NCBI GenBank assembly: GCA_964434665.1
Contig: CAYSVX010000001.1
Location: 33,050-97,049, forward strand
Length of the DNA: 64,000 bases
Direction of reading: 5' to 3'
Source: an uncultured Anaerolineaceae bacterium
GTDB taxonomy: Bacteria; Chloroflexota; Anaerolineae; Anaerolineales; Anaerolineaceae
Position 1 is the first letter of the stretch. Each line of letters begins with the position of its first letter. Below the pieces are notes generated by a model. That model searched no databases. It saw only the letters and a program-made list of their open reading frames with translations, and was not told the DNA's origin. This document shows positions 1-9,285 of the stretch, piece by piece. Both the position numbers and the translations under genes were made by a program.

Positions 1-2016
<2,016 letters not shown>

Positions 2017-2027
2017 TTAAACACAAA

Positions 2028-2099
2028 TGTTTCCGGTGGGACTCGAACCCACATGACTGGCTTCGGAGGCCAGTGCCTTATCCATTAGGCCACGGAAAC
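2028..2099 (-). tRNA. tRNA-Arg (anticodon CCG)
   Basis: The reverse complement folds as a 72-nt cloverleaf. Acceptor GTTTCCG/CGGAAAC, anticodon stem CTGGC/GCCAG with loop CTCCGAA, T arm GTGGG-TTCGAGT-CCCAC, discriminator A. Confidence 0.9.
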
Positions 2100-2109
2100 A
2101 AGATTTCAC

Positions 2110-2118
2110 ATTATACCA
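2110..2118 (-). promoter_or_regulatory. extended -10 promoter element (TGGTATAAT) for tRNA-Arg/ligA
   Basis: The minus strand reads TGGTATAAT, ending 10 nt upstream of the mature tRNA 5' end. I saw no good -35 at 17-nt spacing. Confidence 0.45.
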
Positions 2119-2151
2119 CCGCAACTTTCAAACTCAGGCGTTATGAGAATT

Positions 2152-2556
2152 TTACTGCAATGCTTCGATCATCTTCTCAAACTGATTAGTGAGGTCCGGA
2201 CGGTTGAATCTTGGGAAGTTATTACCGTCGTCCGGGTAACGCGGCAGGATGTGAAAATGAAGGTGAAAAACACTCTGTGAAGCCAGATGACCCGAGTTAT
2301 TAAAGACATGCAGATTTTCAAGCCCAAGCTTGTCCTTGTAGAGCAGGCTGACCTGGCGCACGGTCTCCATTGTGTCTGCGAGAACTTCCTGGGGCACGGT
2401 GAACATGTCGGAATAATGGGCTTTCGGGATGATGAGCGTGTGATAGAGCCCGACCGGGTGGGCATCAAGGAATGCCAGCGTGGTTTCAGTTTCGAGCACC
2501 TTCCAGGCATGCACATGTCCAGCAACTATCGCGCAGAAAATGCAGTTGTCTTCCAC
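2152..2556 (-). CDS. HIT-family (histidine triad) nucleotide hydrolase/transferase
   Basis: Histidine triad HLHFHILPR. I prefer the GTG start at 2556, which gives (M)EDNCIFCAIVAG, a typical HIT N-terminus, and overlaps the upstream TAG by 1 nt (TAGTG). The track ORF instead starts at TTG 2598. Confidence 0.85.
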   Translation of the reverse strand: MEDNCIFCAIVAGHVHAWKVLETETTLAFLDAHPVGLYHTLIIPKAHYSDMFTVPQEVLADTMETVRQVSLLYKDKLGLENLHVFNNSGHLASQSVFHLHFHILPRYPDDGNNFPRFNRPDLTNQFEKMIEALQ

Positions 2557-3200
2557 TATTCCTCCGAAAAGATCAGTTTGGTCCGAGTGATAACGCAATC
2601 AGCTGGATCAATCCCGAGAAGCACAAGCAGCTCGTCCGGACGTCCGTTTTCAAGCGGTGTCGCTTTCATGGAAACTTGTAGCAATGTTTTTGTTGCTTGA
2701 ACATCAAGTTGCCACGCAATTAGGAGACTTTTTAGGTCAACAGTTTTCTTGCGCCGTTGAACTGGCAGGGTATCTTGAGCCATGAGAGTATCGATCTGGC
2801 TCTTCAGGGTTTCTGCGTCAGTACAAGCAGGAAGCTCAATCTCGAACTCGCAGGAGAGCAGGGATGCCTGTAGTGATGGCAGTTGATTATCAATCGCCTG
2901 CAGGTTTCTTAAAATGAGTTCCGCTGGCAGAGCTTTGCTCAGCCGATTGCTGATCTCGTCCAATGAAACATCCAGATCAAGCCAAAAGTCCATTTTTTCA
3001 GCTTCGCCGATGAATCCGAGCGGCAAGGCTGAAGCCAGGTTGATTCGCATGTGCGGACTGAAGCCCTGGGTGAAGCGCATGGGGAGGTTTGTGCGGCGCA
3101 GAGCACGCTCGAATAGCCGCTGAAGATCAAGGTGCCCGATGAAGCGCAGGTTTCCGAGCTTGGCATAGGTCATGCGGACGCGCGTCGGTTCGTTTGTCAT
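2556..3200 (-). CDS. radical-SAM-linked protein (DUF2344 / TIGR03936-like)
   Basis: Carries RFIGHLDLQRLFERALRRTNLPMRFTQGFSPHMRINLASALPLG, characteristic of this family. ATG 3200 overlaps the upstream TGA (ATGA at 3197-3200). The track ORF is extended to 3317. Confidence 0.8.
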   Translation of the reverse strand: MTNEPTRVRMTYAKLGNLRFIGHLDLQRLFERALRRTNLPMRFTQGFSPHMRINLASALPLGFIGEAEKMDFWLDLDVSLDEISNRLSKALPAELILRNLQAIDNQLPSLQASLLSCEFEIELPACTDAETLKSQIDTLMAQDTLPVQRRKKTVDLKSLLIAWQLDVQATKTLLQVSMKATPLENGRPDELLVLLGIDPADCVITRTKLIFSEE

Positions 3201-5059
3201 GGGCACCCCCAATAGACCAGCGGTGAAACCGGACGTTTGGTTGCAAAAGCGTCGAGAATACCGCAAGCGTAGCACTGCTCGCGGCAATCGTTGCGGGTTT
3301 TGCCGAGTTTGCTCCATTCAAGATCGCGCTTCAGGAAGGCTTTAGTAACGCCGGTGTGGATGTGGTCCCAGGGCAGGATCTCGTCCAAAGGGCGCTCTCG
3401 GTAAGCGTAGAAGTCTGGATCCAGCCCGATTTCAGCAAAAGCCTGGCGCCAAAGCGCTATGTTTTGGTTTTCACCCCAGGCGTCAAACTTTGCGCCGAGC
3501 TGCCACGCACGCTGAATAACCTGCCCAAGGCGTCTGTCTCCACGGGAAAGCCAGGCTTCCAGCAGGGTGTTTTCGGGGATGTTGTAAGAAAGCTTGAGAC
3601 CGGTGCGGCGAACCCCCACTTTTAGCACATCCAGCTTGGCCTGCAATTCATCCGTGGAATTCAGTGGATACCATTGGAAAGGTGTGTGGGGTTTGGGGAT
3701 GAAGTTGCCTATCGAAAGGTGTACCCTGACCCTGTTTCCGTGGAGCTGGCGACCGATGGCAAGCACGCGCTTGCCGGCGTCCAGGATCGCCTGGACATCT
3801 TCCATGGTTTCGCCTGGCAGACCGATCATGTAATAAAGTTTGAGTGTCAGCCAGCCATGCTCAAATACTGTACGGACGGTTTCTTCGAATACTTCGTTAT
3901 CGAGCGGCTTGTTGATGATCGCCTGCATGCGAGGGGAAGCCGCTTCAGGCGCGAGCGTGAAACCACCGCCAGGGCGCAGATCGCGAAGCTCGTCCATCAG
4001 CTCGACCGAAAAAGAGGCGATGCGCAGCGAAGGCAAACTCACAGAGACCTTGCGATCGTGGAACTTGTCGGAAACAGACCTGGTTAATTCGAGGATCTGG
4101 GTGTGGTCGGAAGAAGAAAGCGAAAGCAAGCTAATCTCTTCATAACCGGTGGCGGCCAAGCCGTCCTCGATGATTTGAAGGATTTCAGCGATAGGTCTTT
4201 CACGCACGGGGCGGTTGACGACGCCAGCGTGGCAGAAACGGCAGCCACGGGTGCAGCCGCGCATGATTTCGATCGACAGACGGTCATGAACGGTCTCGAT
4301 ATTCGGGACGATCAGGCGGGTTGGATGCAGTGGGAGCTTTGGAACAATGCGTTTAGTTACAAAAGCCGGGACAGAGGCATTTATTGGCGATACCTCCGTA
4401 ATAGTGCCGACTTGCGCATAGTTAACCCGATAAAAAGTAGGAACATAGACACCCGGCAGTTTTGACAAACCCTCAAGGAGTGCCTGACGGTCTGCTCCGG
4501 CGTGTTTCAGCCCCTCAAACACTCGAATAAGCTCAAGAGTAACTTCTTCGCCTTCGCCGATTACAAACGCGTCAATAAAATCCGCCATGGGTTCAGGATT
4601 GAAGCAAGCCTGACCACCGGCAATAATGAGGGGATGGTCATTCCCACGTTCGGAAGCCAGCAAGGGGATTCTTGCCAGATCAAGTACATTCAAGGCGTTG
4701 GTGTAAAGGGACTCGTAAGGAAGACTGATGCCAATGATGTCGAACTGGGCAAGCGGTCTCTTCGATTCGAGCGAGAAAAGCGGGATATTGTTCTGACGAA
4801 GTTCAGCTTCGAGGTCATGCCAGGGAGAAAAGGCTCGTTCCGCCAGGATGTCCGGTTGCTGGTTGAGGATGTCATAGAGGATTGCCAAACCCAGATTTGG
4901 CTGCCCAATGTCATAAATATCGGGGAAAACCAGGCAGATACGCGAGCGGACAGAATCCCAATCTTTCAGGATCTGGTTGTGTTCTCCACCCACATATCGC
5001 CCTGGTTTCTCGACATGATAGAGAATTTTTTCAAGTTGGTTTATGTTTATTTTCTGCAA
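3197..5059 (-). CDS. B12-binding-domain radical SAM protein (TIGR03960-like, function unknown)
   Basis: 620 aa. CxxxCxxC cluster in MRGCTRGCRFCHAG. N-terminus is KPGRYVGGEHN, typical of the family. TTG start at 5059. Confidence 0.85.
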   Translation of the reverse strand: MQKININQLEKILYHVEKPGRYVGGEHNQILKDWDSVRSRICLVFPDIYDIGQPNLGLAILYDILNQQPDILAERAFSPWHDLEAELRQNNIPLFSLESKRPLAQFDIIGISLPYESLYTNALNVLDLARIPLLASERGNDHPLIIAGGQACFNPEPMADFIDAFVIGEGEEVTLELIRVFEGLKHAGADRQALLEGLSKLPGVYVPTFYRVNYAQVGTITEVSPINASVPAFVTKRIVPKLPLHPTRLIVPNIETVHDRLSIEIMRGCTRGCRFCHAGVVNRPVRERPIAEILQIIEDGLAATGYEEISLLSLSSSDHTQILELTRSVSDKFHDRKVSVSLPSLRIASFSVELMDELRDLRPGGGFTLAPEAASPRMQAIINKPLDNEVFEETVRTVFEHGWLTLKLYYMIGLPGETMEDVQAILDAGKRVLAIGRQLHGNRVRVHLSIGNFIPKPHTPFQWYPLNSTDELQAKLDVLKVGVRRTGLKLSYNIPENTLLEAWLSRGDRRLGQVIQRAWQLGAKFDAWGENQNIALWRQAFAEIGLDPDFYAYRERPLDEILPWDHIHTGVTKAFLKRDLEWSKLGKTRNDCREQCYACGILDAFATKRPVSPLVYWGCP

Positions 5060-5068
5060 AATGACCTG

Positions 5069-5353
5069 TTATATGTAGAATTCGTTTTTGACTTCCGTCA
5101 GGAAGATATTTCGAAAATCGTTTTCGATCAGCGTTACCACCTGAGCAAGATCGCGATCCAATTGGGCACGGTTCAATCCGATTTTCGCGATCTGAATCTC
5201 CGCCATCTGCCAGTTATCCTGGTGGGAAGCTTCAATAACGGATAGATTGTACCTTTTCAGGTGGGAAAGTAAAGGCGAGAGGGTGGACCGCTTTTCCTTC
5301 AGGCTTTGACAGCCTGGTAAATACAATGAGAAGGTGGCAATGAACCAGGGCAC
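5069..5353 (-). CDS. DUF503 (YlxP-like) protein
   Basis: 94 aa with the SLYLPGCQSLKEKRS motif typical of DUF503. GTG start lies 3 nt after the upstream stop. Confidence 0.7.
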   Translation of the reverse strand: MPWFIATFSLYLPGCQSLKEKRSTLSPLLSHLKRYNLSVIEASHQDNWQMAEIQIAKIGLNRAQLDRDLAQVVTLIENDFRNIFLTEVKNEFYI

Positions 5354-5356
5354 AAT

Positions 5357-6121
5357 TTACCCTTGAGCAGCAACTGGGTTGAGGAGTGTGCCGATCCCGT
5401 CGATGTGCACGCTGACCTGGTCGCCAGCTTGGAGAACCCCGACGCCAGCAGGTGTGCCGGTGAGAATGAGGTCGCCAGGCTCGAGCGTCATGATGGAGCT
5501 GACATACATCATGAGCTGCGTAATGCTGAAAATCATCTCGCGGGTTGAGCTCATCTGGCGTAAAGTGTTGTTGACATGGCAGGTGATGAGGGCATCGGTT
5601 GGGTCGAACTCGGTCTCAATCCAGGGTCCGACGGGGCAAAAGGTGTCAAAACCTTTCGCTCGGCTCCATTGCCCATCCGCTGCCTGGAGGTCACGGGCAG
5701 TCACATCGTTGGCGATTGTGTAGCCAAACACTGAATGGAGGGCGTTTTCCTTGGTGAGCCAGCGCGAGCGTTTTCCGACTACAACCGCGAGTTCCGCCTC
5801 ATGCTCAACGCGCTTGCTCTGAGGGGGTAACATGATGTTTTCGCCGTTGGTAATGAGGGCGGATGGGGGTTTAAGGAAGATGAGTGGATAGGCGGGCACA
5901 TCGGTTTTCATTTCCGCGGCATGCTCCCGATAATTTCTGCCAATGGCGATGATCTTTGAGGGAAGGCAGGGCAATAGAAGATTTACTTCGGAGAGTTCGT
6001 AGGTTTCTTCGAAACGGCGGAACTCACCAAAGGGATCGCCATGGATGACACCGACGCTGCCGTCGCGAATCCAGCCATATTGGGGAGATGTATCTTGTGT
6101 TTTGAATCGTATGATTCTCAT
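5357..6121 (-). CDS. fumarylacetoacetate hydrolase (FAH) family protein
   Basis: Motifs IGRNYREHAAEM and GDLILTGTPAGVG. Start set at ATG 6121 (MRIIRFK). The track's 18-aa extension MRSDQLSYPPA is antisense translation of tRNA-Val. Confidence 0.85.
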   Translation of the reverse strand: MRIIRFKTQDTSPQYGWIRDGSVGVIHGDPFGEFRRFEETYELSEVNLLLPCLPSKIIAIGRNYREHAAEMKTDVPAYPLIFLKPPSALITNGENIMLPPQSKRVEHEAELAVVVGKRSRWLTKENALHSVFGYTIANDVTARDLQAADGQWSRAKGFDTFCPVGPWIETEFDPTDALITCHVNNTLRQMSSTREMIFSITQLMMYVSSIMTLEPGDLILTGTPAGVGVLQAGDQVSVHIDGIGTLLNPVAAQG

Positions 6122-6129
6122 TTTTCGTT

Positions 6130-6135
6130 TATAAT
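6130..6135 (+). promoter_or_regulatory. -10 hexamer TATAAT for tRNA-Val
   Basis: A perfect TATAAT ends 10 nt upstream of the tRNA 5' end. It sits in the 24-nt divergent gap with the FAH gene. Confidence 0.4.
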
Positions 6136-6145
6136 ATGCTTTCGC

Positions 6146-6219
6146 GGGCGGATAGCTCAGTTGGTCAGAGCGCATCTTTTACACAGATGAGGTCGCAGGT
6201 TCGAGCCCTGTTCTGCCCA
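6146..6219 (+). tRNA. tRNA-Val (anticodon TAC)
   Basis: Acceptor GGGCGGA/TCTGCCC, D arm GCTC-AGTTGGTC-AGAGC, anticodon stem CATCT/AGATG with loop TTTACAC, T loop TTCGAGC. A T-run follows. Confidence 0.9.
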
Positions 6220-6260
6220 TTTTTTGTTTAATTATAAGCCAATGGGGTTTCTTGGGACCC

Positions 6261-7067
6261 CTAACCTGTTATTTCAGCTTGTTCTAAATTTTCAGAAGAC
6301 CCCATACCGAACCAGTCGTACGATGATTCCTCATCCTCCTGGGTGCCGACGCGGGCACAGTAGCTTTGATAATCACAAAAAGCGCACTTTTTCAGGTCTT
6401 TCGTCCGTTCAAATTGGTCCTCGCCTAGGGAAGTGATGCATTCCAGTAGACCACTGAGTGTCTCTTCGAAATTTGCGATTTGGGGATCGTCCATAGCAAA
6501 AACGATAGGTTGGTCAGGAAAACCAGCTTCCCAATAATGCATGGAAATCGGGCTTGAAATCTCAGCTTGCGATCGGGCAGCGACCAGCGTGTAGACCATG
6601 GTCTGGATCCGGTCCTGCAGGAAATGACGTTTTGGTAATGTGCGTGAGGTTTTCCAATCACAGATTTTCGTGAGGTCATCTTGAAAACTGATCAGGTCGA
6701 ACTTTGCGAGCAGCAGCCTGCCTTTCAGCGTGATTTGCAAGCTGTGCTCAGGGAATGAGTTGTCTGCGCGGATGGCATAGGGACTCTTCAGGAAGTTATC
6801 AAACCAACCACTCACCCTGGGGTCCGGGTAGTGCTCCGCGCACGAGACGAGGACCTGAGGGTCCAATCCAAGAAAGAACTGGTGGATTAACGAATGGAGG
6901 GTTGAACCGGCAAAGAGATCTTCGTCAAAGCATTTTTTGCGGGGAGTAAGCGGGGCTGGCCAGGGGAGCTTCCGAATGTATCGCAAAAGGAAACTGAATC
7001 GGCAGGTCTGAAATGCCTGGAGATTGCTTTGATGGAACACAAAACCCTTCGGCACGAGCTCAGGCAT
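6261..7067 (-). CDS. PD-(D/E)XK nuclease, Cas4/AddB-type with 4-Cys (Fe-S) signature
   Basis: Motifs are the N-terminal Cys (FQTCRF), GSTLHSLIH, KFDLISF (D), ICDWKTS (DxK), QTMVY (QxxxY) and C-terminal CAFCDYQSYC (CxxCx5C). Start set at ATG 7067, with GAGGAGG 6 nt upstream. It overlaps the helicase stop by 8 nt (ATGCCTGA). Confidence 0.8.
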   Translation of the reverse strand: MPELVPKGFVFHQSNLQAFQTCRFSFLLRYIRKLPWPAPLTPRKKCFDEDLFAGSTLHSLIHQFFLGLDPQVLVSCAEHYPDPRVSGWFDNFLKSPYAIRADNSFPEHSLQITLKGRLLLAKFDLISFQDDLTKICDWKTSRTLPKRHFLQDRIQTMVYTLVAARSQAEISSPISMHYWEAGFPDQPIVFAMDDPQIANFEETLSGLLECITSLGEDQFERTKDLKKCAFCDYQSYCARVGTQEDEESSYDWFGMGSSENLEQAEITG

Positions 7068-9285
7068 TGTTTTCCTCCTCAAAAAGCGCTTTATAGGCAA
7101 TCGCTGCTGTCTTATCGGGACCGGAGTTGTAGCTGATGGTCAACGAGGTTTTAGCCCGGGTAATGCCCACGTAGAGCAGCCGCAGGCGGTCGCGAATTAA
7201 CTCGTTGCGGGCATCGAGTCTCCCAATTCCGGGGTGGACGACCTCGGATGTGCCATCTGATACCAACAGGTCGAGTTCAGCCAGTATTTCTGCCTGCAAG
7301 TTCCGCCGGTCAAGAATGAACCATCTCTCACTGATGTACGAGTCCTTTTCAGCTCCGGATGGGTAATCGTAATTATTGACGGAAGTAAGGAAAACCTTGT
7401 CCCATTCAAGCCCCTTGGCTTTGTGGCAGGTGCACAAGACTACTTTGCCCTTGTAAAGGTCCGGATTAAAGGCATCCTTATCCTCGTTCACACCAAAAAA
7501 ATTGCGTTCATTTTTTGCGATCTCTGTAAGGGCAATTATTAGCTCGGGGGGAGCCCACTCGGGGTGGTTATCCATTTGAGTCTTAATGAAAGATGAAGCT
7601 TTGTGAATCGTCGCGAGCTCAAAAGGTTCCAGGGGCAGGTCTTGGGCAATAACCAGCATCAATTGGTCAAAAGGAAGGTAAGAAGCCTGATGCCAGCGCA
7701 AAACTGCCGCCCGGAAATCGGCCAGAAGGCTGGCTGAGGTTGAATCAACTTCATAGAGATCTTCAAGTGGATCCAACTCAACCGGATAGAAGAAACTCTC
7801 AAGCCTTTGCTGACCCAAAAACCAGCCTTTCGCCGAAGCAAGCGCTTGTTTGAGGGGCTCATCGTCCCGAAAATGGCGGTAAAAGACCTGGAGCGCTTTT
7901 TCTGCCACTTTCAGATCGAGAGGATAAAAAATCAGTTTGAGAAGGTTGACCACGGTGCCAATCGTTTCGCGAGTCTCACGAGGCACTTTCATTAAAATAT
8001 CCACATAGTCAATCTTGTTTTCTCTCAGCGCTTCGGCAATCTTGTTCACCCGGGTGTTCATCAACGCCAAAATGGCTACTGTGTCATCGGGATGATCCTT
8101 CAGCCACACTTTTACCTGGCGGACGATAAAGCCGAGTTCTTCATCCGAGGAGAATGGATTCGTCACCAACTCAACTGAATTGACAGAACAGGGCGGGTTT
8201 TGTTGCGAATCTCCAGGCAGAGTGGGGATGATAAAGGGCTTCGTCAGCGAATCGCGAACTGATTCATTGGGGTGATCGGTTTGGGTCCATTTGTTTAACT
8301 GGTTGGCAAGGTCGATGATCTTCTGGCAGGATCGTCCAGACTCAGGCAGATCGAGCGATTGCACGTCCGGTCTGCCAAGGAATTCCTTTAAAAGGCGCGG
8401 GTCAGCGGTCGTGAAACTTTGATAAATGGCCTGATTGGTATCCCCAACCCGCACCCAATTGCCGGTTTGCTCTGCCAGTATCTGCAAAATTGCCTGCTGC
8501 TGCTTGCTGGAGTCCTGGGCTTCGTCCTCGAGGATGTACGGCCAGCGATACGCAAGCTGACGGACCAGGTCGGGGTCGGACTTGAGACATTTGTGTGCAA
8601 GAAAAATCAAGTCATTGAAGTCAACAGCTCCCAGGAGCTTCAGGCGATCCTGATAAGACTTATAGATATCCAGGCAAATCTGAAAAAGAGGGGTAATTGG
8701 GCGGGATTTTTGGAGGTTGGCAAGGTCGGCTGGCAGCATCCCTTGGTTTTTGGCTGAGCTGATATAACTCCGGGCGAGATCCTTGATGAGTGGAGGAATG
8801 CCGCCTTTCATGTCCCTCATGACCTCGTCAGATTTCTTATCAGCAAGATCGGGATTCAGCAACTGCCGGAACAAGTCTTCGTGTTTTTTTAATTGTTCGA
8901 AAGACAGGTCATTGAGGATGCCATTTGCGTCCTCGTCGTCGAGGATGCGGAAGTCGTTGCCAAGTCCTGCCAGCTCAGGGCGCTCGCGGATGATATCGCC
9001 AGCCAGTCCATGAAGGGTGCGTACCCGGTAGCCAAATCCCTCAAGCAAGCCGACCTCATGCACGAGAGCACCGATGCGGCTGGTAAAGTTATCCACTGCT
9101 GAGTTGGCAAAGGTCACGATGAGGATCTCCTGGTCAGGTTTGAGATCCACCGTCAGTAGTAATTTTGCTGCAAGGTGAGAAAGAGTCCAGGTTTTACCGC
9201 TTCCCGGAACCGCAGAGATGCCCATCCAGCCGGAGCGGTAACGCAGGACTTCTTCCTGCGATCTGCGCAGGGAAGGCTCAGTCAT
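7060..9285 (-). CDS. UvrD/Rep-type SF1 DNA helicase without a nuclease domain
   Basis: Motif I AVPGSGKTWTL, II ILEDEAQDS, III VGDTNQAIYQSF, V CHKAKGLEWDKVFL, VI LLYVGITRAKTSL. The protein ends about 30 aa after motif VI. The start overlaps the upstream stop (ATGACTGA). Confidence 0.9.
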   Translation of the reverse strand: MTEPSLRRSQEEVLRYRSGWMGISAVPGSGKTWTLSHLAAKLLLTVDLKPDQEILIVTFANSAVDNFTSRIGALVHEVGLLEGFGYRVRTLHGLAGDIIRERPELAGLGNDFRILDDEDANGILNDLSFEQLKKHEDLFRQLLNPDLADKKSDEVMRDMKGGIPPLIKDLARSYISSAKNQGMLPADLANLQKSRPITPLFQICLDIYKSYQDRLKLLGAVDFNDLIFLAHKCLKSDPDLVRQLAYRWPYILEDEAQDSSKQQQAILQILAEQTGNWVRVGDTNQAIYQSFTTADPRLLKEFLGRPDVQSLDLPESGRSCQKIIDLANQLNKWTQTDHPNESVRDSLTKPFIIPTLPGDSQQNPPCSVNSVELVTNPFSSDEELGFIVRQVKVWLKDHPDDTVAILALMNTRVNKIAEALRENKIDYVDILMKVPRETRETIGTVVNLLKLIFYPLDLKVAEKALQVFYRHFRDDEPLKQALASAKGWFLGQQRLESFFYPVELDPLEDLYEVDSTSASLLADFRAAVLRWHQASYLPFDQLMLVIAQDLPLEPFELATIHKASSFIKTQMDNHPEWAPPELIIALTEIAKNERNFFGVNEDKDAFNPDLYKGKVVLCTCHKAKGLEWDKVFLTSVNNYDYPSGAEKDSYISERWFILDRRNLQAEILAELDLLVSDGTSEVVHPGIGRLDARNELIRDRLRLLYVGITRAKTSLTISYNSGPDKTAAIAYKALFEEENNA

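Noticed and set aside
2557-2598. TTG start for the HIT gene, giving a 43-nt overlap with the upstream gene
   Set aside because: GTG 2556 gives the canonical HIT N-terminus and a 1-nt stop/start overlap. The TTG alternative cannot be excluded without data.
4502-5245. 247-aa plus-strand ORF
   Set aside because: It lies entirely antisense to the well-supported radical SAM gene. Its composition is low-complexity, with no motifs and no RBS. It is a typical shadow ORF.
6122-6175. N-terminal extension of the FAH ORF (MRSDQLSYPPAKAYYKRK)
   Set aside because: This peptide is the antisense reading of tRNA-Val (6146-6219). The real start is ATG 6121.
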